From Candidatus Hermodarchaeota archaeon (lineage in GTDB: Archaea; Asgardarchaeota; Lokiarchaeia; Sigyniarchaeales; SOKP01), in assembly GCA_048885925.1 (NCBI GenBank), contig JBHLLG010000042.1, positions 1-23,605 of the forward strand: DNA of 23,605 nt. The letters run 5' to 3'. The position numbers were made by a program, and so were the translations under genes. Below the pieces are notes generated by a model. That model worked only from the letters and a program-made list of their open reading frames with translations. It was not told the origin of the DNA and searched no databases. This document shows, one piece after another, positions 16,593 through 23,605 of this stretch. How positions within the stretch are numbered: position 1 is the stretch's first letter; the number at the start of each line of letters is the position of its first letter.

Positions 16593-18173
16593 TTAAAACT
16601 CATGCTTATCAATTAGTATAGGTAATAAAAGCTTTAATAATGATATTATACTTTTCTTTTTGATTATATTATAGAAGGGAAATTCAGGGAACATCCGAAA
16701 ATAACGCTCATTCTTCAGCAATTTCAATACTTTAAATCTAGAAAAAAATGATATTTTTGAACGTCTTGAAATGAAATTTTTTGCTATTTCCTGTATTAGA
16801 AATTTATCAAAGACTATAATTGCGGTTACAGAACCAAAATTTGTTTTTGTAATATCTTTAATTGAATATAATGAATTATTAGCATTTGTAAAAAGGTGTT
16901 TTTTATTTATAAACCTTAATTTTTTCAATTCACTGTTTTCAATTTCTAGTAGAAATGAAGATATACATGTGTTTTTTAAAAAAATCTCTTGAGAGGATTT
17001 TCCTTTTTTATATCGGTTTTGATCTGTTATTAAAAATAAAATTTTAGAATTTAGTCCAAAATAAAAATCAAAATAATTAAAAATTAAGTCTGGTATAGCC
17101 CAATGTGAGACTTTTTTTAAATTTAAATTAAATCCAATTAGCCGAATCAAGAATCTTATGAAAGTATTATAAATTCTAGGGCGTGGAACCATATTCCAGT
17201 GCTTTTCAAAAGACCGATAACCAAATAAAGCCTTTTGAAATAAAAATTTTAAATTTTCTTTATTAATTAGTATTGATAACTCTAAAAAATCTGAAATATA
17301 TGAAATTAGGTCATTTTGTTTTAAATAGTATACTTTCTCGGTTTTTAATTTATTTTGAACGTAATTTAGAATTTCTCTTACACTTAGTTCATCTTGCTTA
17401 ATACCTAACTCTTCTGATCTAAAAAATTGTAATCTTAACTCTGATTTAGTAGATTTTGATAATATCTTCTGTAAAAGAATTACTGTTTTGAAATGCTTAC
17501 TATCTAAAAATAGAGAAATCTGGAATTCAGGTATTAATTGTTCTATAAATTTAAACAAGTTTTGGAATTTTATATGTTCAAATATTTTTAGAATCTGTTT
17601 ATAAAATTTTAAGATAATGGGCTCAGGATAAATAAATATTAAATCTCTTTCTATTAATACTTGAACCAAATCTATGATTTGTTCTAAAAACTCATTAATG
17701 GAAAGTAATGGAACTTTTTCACAATATGTATTAATTAACTCAATAGCTTCTTCCTTAAATATACGAATCGATGATATTTGAATACCTCTTTCTTTTATCA
17801 ATGCATTTTGTATTTTATTAAATATATCATCTAATTCATCACTCTCAAAACTTTTAATTCGTATCATTCCTTCAGGCAGAGATTCAATAGTCTCATGAAT
17901 TCCAGCTTTTTTAGTTTTATATAGATATGTTCTCAAGATTTTATTTTTTTTTTCTGTTTCTGTTATGATAATATCAAGGATATTCTGTTGATCGTTTATA
18001 AATTTAGGATATAAAATTTCAAAAAAATGGTATAGGATGTTAACATTTAAATTTATTGGACTTAACGGTATTCTAACAATTTCTGTTGTTTTTTCTGGAT
18101 CTTCTAATATATCTCGGTTTTTGTTGAAATTTAATATTTTCAACCAATTCTGTTTAAATGCTTGATTAATCAA
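16593..18173 (-). CDS. Hypothetical protein, 526 aa
   Basis: Long ORF with TTG start 4 bp after the DUF362 gene; no recognisable motif. Confidence 0.75.
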   Translation of the reverse strand: MINQAFKQNWLKILNFNKNRDILEDPEKTTEIVRIPLSPINLNVNILYHFFEILYPKFINDQQNILDIIITETEKKNKILRTYLYKTKKAGIHETIESLPEGMIRIKSFESDELDDIFNKIQNALIKERGIQISSIRIFKEEAIELINTYCEKVPLLSINEFLEQIIDLVQVLIERDLIFIYPEPIILKFYKQILKIFEHIKFQNLFKFIEQLIPEFQISLFLDSKHFKTVILLQKILSKSTKSELRLQFFRSEELGIKQDELSVREILNYVQNKLKTEKVYYLKQNDLISYISDFLELSILINKENLKFLFQKALFGYRSFEKHWNMVPRPRIYNTFIRFLIRLIGFNLNLKKVSHWAIPDLIFNYFDFYFGLNSKILFLITDQNRYKKGKSSQEIFLKNTCISSFLLEIENSELKKLRFINKKHLFTNANNSLYSIKDITKTNFGSVTAIIVFDKFLIQEIAKNFISRRSKISFFSRFKVLKLLKNERYFRMFPEFPFYNIIKKKSIISLLKLLLPILIDKHEF

Positions 18174-18177
18174 TCTT

Positions 18178-19644
18178 CTAAAGTGCCTCCCAGATGTTTA
18201 ATTTATTATTAAGTTCCCCTTCAACCCACTTACTATTTATATATGTGTGTAAATTTAAATTAGGCAAATTTTGTTTACCAAAATATTTTAATATTGATTT
18301 CAAACAACCGATGATTTCAGGAGGACAACCAGATAATTCTAAAATATTTTTATTTGGTTTTTCCTTGATTTTTTTTCCATTTTTAGATTGTTTTAAAATT
18401 CTATTTTTTGTTCCTGAGATTAAATCTTTTTTAGATTCAATTATTATTTTTCTAAAATTGGAAGTTTTTGTACTATTTATAGCACAATCTCCAAATAACC
18501 AGATATTTCGTGTGCTTTTTGGTTCTGATGGATTTTTACCTATTAAAAAAGAGTTGTTAGGATTATATTTTAGATCCTTTACCATATATGTTTTCATAAA
18601 ATTTAGTAAATGGTATGCTTGTTTAAAACATCCTGAACAGTATTTACCCACGTTGATAGCGAAATTTTTCACTTTTATATCTTCGAGTTTTAAGGAACAC
18701 AATTCAATGTCAAAAGTTATATCTTCGAGTTTTTCTCCCAGAATTCTTATACTTGAAAGCTCTAGACTTGTTAAATTTTTATGTTCTGCCTCTTTTAATA
18801 AATCGTGGCTACTTTCTGCAAGATTTAGTGTATTTAGTGTAATAAAATCAACATTAAAAGCGTTATCTCCCATTATCATTAGGCTACTTTTTTTTAAAAT
18901 CGAATCTTTATATGTATAAGGCCCAGCACCTTCTAATATATAAAATAAATCATTAATTATTAAATTAGGTTGTTTGATTTTATAAATATCAAAAATATTA
19001 GAAATTAAATCCGTTTTATAAAGATCTCTATTAATATAACCATTGTTTTTATTTCTTTTTTTACCGATTTCTCGATATTTTGTAGGAACGATAGAGTAGG
19101 AATTTAATATAGATAAATTTAACTTGAATAAAGGATCTACATTAACCTGATTAACAGATAACAACTTATTTGAATTAAAAACTACATTTGGGACGAAAAT
19201 GTTATTACCATTTACATCTACTCTTGTCAATGAATCATATTTAATTTTCTTTAATAGAGCTTGCTTAATATCCTTACTATCAAAATTATCACTATTATCT
19301 AAAAATGCCAGTTCTGCACCAAGATTTTTAAAATATGCTTTTAGATTAAATAGATCTGAAATAATTTTAATAGGTATTCCTTTCAAAGGAAAACTGCCTA
19401 AATAAATTTTCTTTGCTCCTGCTTGTTTACATAAAATAATAAGTTCTTCTAGAACTTCAAAATTAGTATTATTAGGAAAACCCGCGGGTAAATTTAGATT
19501 AAATTTAATAAATACTTGATCTCCTTCATCTATAAATTTAGAAATCCCGCCAAGTATTTCAATCCCTTTTTTTAAACATTCTTTTGGAGTATCAGCTTTA
19601 CTTATAGCAACTTCTGGTTTCTTTGATTTTGACTGGCTTAACAT
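18178..19644 (-). CDS. DUF362-domain protein with C-terminal Cys cluster (putative Fe-S)
   Basis: LGGISKFIDEGDQVFIKFN, DLFYILEGAGP, CSGC, FGDCA, LSGCPP. Confidence 0.8.
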   Translation of the reverse strand: MLSQSKSKKPEVAISKADTPKECLKKGIEILGGISKFIDEGDQVFIKFNLNLPAGFPNNTNFEVLEELIILCKQAGAKKIYLGSFPLKGIPIKIISDLFNLKAYFKNLGAELAFLDNSDNFDSKDIKQALLKKIKYDSLTRVDVNGNNIFVPNVVFNSNKLLSVNQVNVDPLFKLNLSILNSYSIVPTKYREIGKKRNKNNGYINRDLYKTDLISNIFDIYKIKQPNLIINDLFYILEGAGPYTYKDSILKKSSLMIMGDNAFNVDFITLNTLNLAESSHDLLKEAEHKNLTSLELSSIRILGEKLEDITFDIELCSLKLEDIKVKNFAINVGKYCSGCFKQAYHLLNFMKTYMVKDLKYNPNNSFLIGKNPSEPKSTRNIWLFGDCAINSTKTSNFRKIIIESKKDLISGTKNRILKQSKNGKKIKEKPNKNILELSGCPPEIIGCLKSILKYFGKQNLPNLNLHTYINSKWVEGELNNKLNIWEAL

Positions 19645-19717
19645 GAAAAAAGCAATTACACAACTGATATATTAAATTAATAATATAAAATAATGAAAGA
19701 ATTGAATTTTAAGTTAA

Positions 19718-20599
19718 GTGATAAATTTAATGTTAAAAATTGTTATAAACGATTTTATTGGAAAAATTCCAACAGATTGTATTGGTATTGATATGGGGCA
19801 AAGTCTTTGTAAAATTGTTTATAGAGAGGATAATGAATTAGCATTATCAATTTTTCCCACTCAGACTGATATTTCAGATATTAAAAAACTCTTAAATTCA
19901 AAGAAAGAAAGATATAAAATATTCAATTTCACAGGTGGAAGAAGTTATAAACTATATACAGAATACTCAAAAGACATTATATCAAATCTTATAAATGAAT
20001 TCGAAGCAAATCTTAAAGGTATAGAATTTCTCCACTATTTAGAAAAAAGAAAAGAACTATCGCGTTCATTATTAGTAACAATAGGAACGGGGACATCAAT
20101 GATTTTGAAAGATGATAATTTCTTACATTTGGGAGGCTCTGCACTAGGTGGTGGCTTCTTTATGGGAATTATCAAAGCCCTTTTCAAATATTATGATTTC
20201 GAAAGAGCAATAAACCTAGCTAATAAGGGAAATAGATATAATTTAGACCTAAAAGTATCAGATATTTATGATCCAAATGATAAGAGAATTGACAGACTTT
20301 TTAGAGAATTCACAGCAGCCTCGTTAGGGAAAATTGATAATCAATATGAGATTAAAACTTTAAAAGAAGAAGATTTCATAAACTCCATAATATGTATAAT
20401 TGGTGAGAATTTAGGCACTATTGCTACTGCTTTAGCAAATATTCATAATGTAAAAGAAATCGTTTTTTGCGGGGGATTTTTAAAAGAAAATAAGACATTA
20501 AAGAAAGTTTTATCCTTATTATGTAAATTAAATAGTAAAAAAGCAATCTTTTTAAAAAATTCTGAATTTTGTGCTGCAATTGGGGCTCTAATTATTTAA
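19718..20599 (+). CDS. coaW: Type II pantothenate kinase (Fumble/CoaW-like)
   Basis: GIDMGQSLCKIV, TGG, NEFEA, IGTGTS, GGSALGGG, GNRYNLDLKVSDIY, TAASLGK; start GTG 19718 or ATG 19730. Confidence 0.88.
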   Translation: MINLMLKIVINDFIGKIPTDCIGIDMGQSLCKIVYREDNELALSIFPTQTDISDIKKLLNSKKERYKIFNFTGGRSYKLYTEYSKDIISNLINEFEANLKGIEFLHYLEKRKELSRSLLVTIGTGTSMILKDDNFLHLGGSALGGGFFMGIIKALFKYYDFERAINLANKGNRYNLDLKVSDIYDPNDKRIDRLFREFTAASLGKIDNQYEIKTLKEEDFINSIICIIGENLGTIATALANIHNVKEIVFCGGFLKENKTLKKVLSLLCKLNSKKAIFLKNSEFCAAIGALII

Positions 20600-20670
20600 G
20601 TGTGCGCCGATTTGGAGATTTTTATTCATCGAATCGACATTCTAATAAAAACACTATAAACCGGCGCATG
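20600..20670. repeat. GC-rich long inverted repeat/hairpin after coaW
   Basis: TGCGCCG (20603-20609)/CGGCGCA (20662-20668), inner TTTTTATT/AATAAAAA and apical GAAT-CGAC-ATTC. Confidence 0.7.
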
Positions 20671-20814
20671 TTAATTTAAGAATTTAAAAACTTAAAGTTT
20701 TATCAAAAAAATATAGATATTTACTATCTTAGAAAAAAATTTTTTGATCAAAACATATTTTTTAAATGCTTCCTTTTTTATATATGGTACATAATAGGGA
20801 GATTATGATTCAAA

Positions 20815-21462
20815 ATGGTTCAAGAAACTGAAAAACAAATTGAAGTAAATGGGAGAGCTAAAGAAAATATTTTTCGCGCTACCGAAATAATTATGAACAA
20901 TCTTAAGGATAATGTTGAACATCTCAAAAAAGACAAATATTTCAAATACACTCAAAAATTTATTGAATTGGTCCATGATGGTATAATCAATAAGAGAAAA
21001 TTTTTTTTACTTGCTTCTGGAAGAAGTGCTTTTATTCTTCAATGCTTTGCTACTCGTCTTGTTCATTTTAATGCTGAAGTTTATGTAGTAACTAATTTAG
21101 GTTCGATACCAGCATTAACAGAAGAAGATATATTGATAATTTTATCAGGTTCAGGAACAACTGAAATTGTTGTATCCCTTTTGAAAAACTATGTAAACAC
21201 AGTGAAGCCATATGGAATAGTATCTATCACTTCACATCCAGAATCTATTATTGGTCGTATATCTGAAATAACAATTAAGTTAAAGGGAAGAACAAAACGA
21301 GATAGACCAGATCCTCAAGATGATCAAGCAATATTAACAACAGAAGGAACACAATTTGAAATAGCTGCATTTGTATATCTTGATTCAATAATAGCTGAGT
21401 TGGCTGTTAGAATGGGAAAAACTAATGAAGATTTGTTGAAAAGACATGCAGAATCTATATGA
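20815..21462 (+). CDS. hxlB: 6-phospho-3-hexuloisomerase (SIS domain)
   Basis: ASGRS, FATRLVH, SGSGTT, EGTQFE, C-terminal RHA. Confidence 0.85.
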   Translation: MVQETEKQIEVNGRAKENIFRATEIIMNNLKDNVEHLKKDKYFKYTQKFIELVHDGIINKRKFFLLASGRSAFILQCFATRLVHFNAEVYVVTNLGSIPALTEEDILIILSGSGTTEIVVSLLKNYVNTVKPYGIVSITSHPESIIGRISEITIKLKGRTKRDRPDPQDDQAILTTEGTQFEIAAFVYLDSIIAELAVRMGKTNEDLLKRHAESI

Positions 21463-21472
21463 TCTTTATTTA

Positions 21473-21482
21473 TTTTTTTTTT
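21473..21482 (+). terminator. Oligo-T terminator after hxlB
   Basis: T10 run 10 nt after the stop, between convergent genes. Confidence 0.55.
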
Positions 21483-21567
21483 CTTTTGTAAACTTGAATA
21501 ATAAATTTAATCTAAATCAACTAATAGATACAGAAATTTTCGAAATTTTATATCTAGATCAAGTTAT

Positions 21568-21960
21568 TTATTCAAAATTAAATTCTTGATTTAAACTAGC
21601 TAATTGCCTCTCAAATTCTTCTTTTAATAAAGTATAATATGTATATTTTCCCTTTTTCCATCCACGAATTAAACCTACTTTTTCTAATTCGCGGAGATGA
21701 TGAGAAATTGAAGGTTGAGATTTATCAAACATTGCTTCGAACTCACACACACAACGATCGTTATCCTTTAATGCAGTTAGTATAGCTAAACGTTCTTTAT
21801 TACCTAAAGCACTAATAAATGATGTGAGAGAATCTAGATTTTGATCTGATTTTAATTCTTTTCCTATTTGCTGTAGATCCTCGAAGTATTTATCACCATT
21901 AGTGCAACCATCACATCCACATAATGTCTCCTTTATTTTTTTCTTTCTTTCTAACTTCAT
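21568..21960 (-). CDS. arsR: ArsR/SmtB-family metalloregulator (alpha3 CxC site)
   Basis: ALGNKERLAIL, RCVCEF, SQPSISHHLRELEKVGLI, KKGKYTYY; extra N-terminal CGCDGC. Confidence 0.9.
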   Translation of the reverse strand: MKLERKKKIKETLCGCDGCTNGDKYFEDLQQIGKELKSDQNLDSLTSFISALGNKERLAILTALKDNDRCVCEFEAMFDKSQPSISHHLRELEKVGLIRGWKKGKYTYYTLLKEEFERQLASLNQEFNFE

Positions 21961-22044
21961 TTAAATATCATTGTATTTTTCTGTTGTTATTAATATAGAA
22001 ATCATTAAATTATAAAAATTTTATTCATATTTATAAACCTAGAT

Positions 22045-22068
22045 TCACATCGAAATATTTTTATATGA
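22045..22068. promoter_or_regulatory. Putative ArsR operator overlapping a BRE/TATA-like promoter
   Basis: TCACATCGAAAT|ATTTTTATATGA, 9 of 12 positions symmetric; contains CGAAA...TTTATAT. Confidence 0.6.
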
Positions 22069-22151
22069 GCTATTCTATTAATATTTTAACCTATTAAAAA
22101 ATGAAAATATTAAATCTAAAAAGTTAAAAAAAATTCTAAGAGGGATAATAT

Positions 22152-22292
22152 ATGAAAAAGTCAAATATGAAAGATGCTAAAAGGGAGAATTCACTCAAGA
22201 TCGATACAGAATTTCGTGGTTCTGCATGTTGTGGAGGTTCTAAAAATCAACTTGATAATAAAAACAAAACAGAAAAGAAGATTAATAATTGA
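22152..22292 (+). CDS. Small 46-aa peptide with CCGG motif (not in ORF track)
   Basis: MKKSNMKDAKRENSLKIDTEFRGSACCGGSKNQLDNKNKTEKKINN*; purine-rich AGAGGGA upstream; lies between the operator and the methyltransferase fusion. Confidence 0.6.
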   Translation: MKKSNMKDAKRENSLKIDTEFRGSACCGGSKNQLDNKNKTEKKINN

Positions 22293-22362
22293 ATTTTAGA
22301 GTTATTATAAAATAATAAAAATTGAGTTTTAAAACTTTAATTTAAAAGAATTTCGTGGGTTT

Positions 22363-23605
22363 ATGGCAGTTACTTATATGCGAAAGTTAGAGGAAGAACC
22401 AGAATCATACGATTCTAAATTCACTGCTTTAACAAAAGGAGTAAATGTTGAAGTTCAGAATTGGGTTATTGATAAAATTAATACTTCGGAATCTATATTA
22501 GAAATTGGGTGTGGTACTGGAGCGCTTGCTACAAAAATGGCATTAAAAGGAAATAATGTCATAGCTATTGATAAAAATGTTCAAATGATTAATTATGCTA
22601 TGAAAAATTTTCCATCTGATTTATCTAGTGGAAAGCTTCTATATCAAATAGGATCATTTACTCTTTTACCTGTAAAAGAACATTCTCAAGATGTTGTAGT
22701 AAGTACATTTATGTTATCAGAACTTCGTCCTTTAGAACAACAAATTTTTCTTAGAAATGTATGGAAAGTATTAAAACCCAATGGACGCGTGATTTTGGCA
22801 GCTGAATTTGTACCATCCGGATTTTGGAAATTGCCCTTTCTACTTAAGAGATGGCGATATAGAAAGAAGTTAAGACGTTTACGCATAAGGAGTACTCATT
22901 TAATAAAATGGTTTTTTAACTATTTAGATCCTATAGGGTTCAAAATCTCTAACCAAAAGATATGGAAACATGGTTCCATCCAAACAATAGAGCTACAAAA
23001 AATTGATGATATTGCAGGAAATGAAGCCGGCTATTATAGACCAAAAATAAAAAAGTTTAAGGGTTTACGATCTCAATTAAGAATTTATCGCTGTATTTTC
23101 ACTGGACAAATCGATAGAGTACCAATTGAACCAGGAATTTATCAATCTGGAAATCCCAATGAAAAATCGCCAATTATTGTAACTGCTAATTATGATTTTA
23201 CATATATTAAGGTTATGCGCGATCTTAAAGGAATTGATGCTTGGATATTATGTGTAGATTCAAATGGCATAAATGTGTGGTGTGCTGCTCGTGGTGATGA
23301 TTTTGGAAACATGCAACTTCTTGAGGCAGTAGAAGCTACAGGAATAAGGAATATAACTGAAAAAAAGACATTACTTCTACCACAACTCTCAGCTGGGGGT
23401 GTAGCAATACCTGAACTTCCTATTAATTCGGAAAAGTTCCCATTTAGAGTTAAATTTGGACCAGTTTGGTCAAAACATCTTCCTAAGTTTCTTGAAGATA
23501 AACCAGCTAAAAAGCCTGAAAAAATGAGGTTAGCTAAATTTACATTATTCCATCGAATTCGCGCAGTAATAACTCATACTACATTTTTATTTCGAAAATT
23601 ATTCG
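22363..23605 (+). CDS. Class I SAM methyltransferase fused to an HgcA-like corrinoid-binding domain (3'-truncated by the window; not in ORF track)
   Basis: Open for 414 codons to the edge; ILEIGCGTG, IAID, DVVVSTFMLSE, LKPNG; then PIEPGIY..GNP..SPIIVTANY, DSNGINVWCAARG (Cys307 at 23281), PQLSAGGV, FRVKFGPV, MRLAKF. Confidence 0.9.
   Translation, partial: MAVTYMRKLEEEPESYDSKFTALTKGVNVEVQNWVIDKINTSESILEIGCGTGALATKMALKGNNVIAIDKNVQMINYAMKNFPSDLSSGKLLYQIGSFTLLPVKEHSQDVVVSTFMLSELRPLEQQIFLRNVWKVLKPNGRVILAAEFVPSGFWKLPFLLKRWRYRKKLRRLRIRSTHLIKWFFNYLDPIGFKISNQKIWKHGSIQTIELQKIDDIAGNEAGYYRPKIKKFKGLRSQLRIYRCIFTGQIDRVPIEPGIYQSGNPNEKSPIIVTANYDFTYIKVMRDLKGIDAWILCVDSNGINVWCAARGDDFGNMQLLEAVEATGIRNITEKKTLLLPQLSAGGVAIPELPINSEKFPFRVKFGPVWSKHLPKFLEDKPAKKPEKMRLAKFTLFHRIRAVITHTTFLFRKLF

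Noticed and set aside
18194-18919. 241-aa plus-strand ORF
   Set aside because: Entirely antisense to the DUF362 gene; F/L/S/I-rich shadow translation with no motif
21525-21556. AT-rich hairpin TAGATA...TATCTA between hxlB and arsR
   Set aside because: Weak, AT-only stem; at most part of a convergent terminator
22208-22358. 12-bp direct repeat AGAATTTCGTGG (22208-22219 and 22347-22358)
   Set aside because: Only two copies, one inside the small ORF; no element boundaries; may be chance
1213-22886. Remaining short track ORFs (e.g. 1213, 2674, 3403, 3600, 3670, 4167, 5276, 5486, 10307, 13048, 14019, 14799, 16771, 19199, 22686)
   Set aside because: All overlap well-supported genes in another frame or strand and lack motifs
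22363-23605. Calling the gene hgcA or arsM
   Set aside because: Cap helix deviates from the canonical motif (AARG vs AAGK), no hgcB is visible in the window, and the MTase lacks ArsM cysteines
1-23605. CRISPR array, tRNA/rRNA, transposase or integrase
   Set aside because: No regularly spaced repeats, cloverleaf, long GC-rich RNA gene or recombinase motifs seen

Overview
Very AT-rich archaeal chromosomal segment, most likely from an Asgard archaeon (Lokiarchaeia-like). The assignment is inferred from ribosomal protein eS30, a Nog1 GTPase, a selenocysteine-containing SelD with a eukaryote-type 3'-UTR SECIS, MIT-like/HEAT/TPR proteins and mfnE/mfnF. Housekeeping content: eS30, CinA-like protein, selD, a MaoC dehydratase pair, mfnE-mfnF, VOC protein, nog1, asd, DUF362 protein, type II pantothenate kinase and hxlB/phi. 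The ORF track misses or truncates several features: (1) selD starts at 6801 and reads through an in-frame UGA (G-U-S-C-K), with a SECIS-like hairpin just after its stop; (2) a 52-aa zinc-ribbon gene at 776-934; (3) a 46-aa CCGG peptide at 22152-22292; (4) a gene from 22363 off the right edge fusing a class I SAM methyltransferase to an HgcA-like corrinoid domain (NVWCAARG). The peptide and the fusion lie divergent from an ArsR repressor with an operator-like palindrome, forming a candidate metal(loid)-methylation module. Also notable is a ~1000-aa HEAT + coiled-coil + PCI-like + Ig-appendage protein resembling adaptin/coatomer large subunits. No rRNA, tRNA, CRISPR array or transposase was seen.
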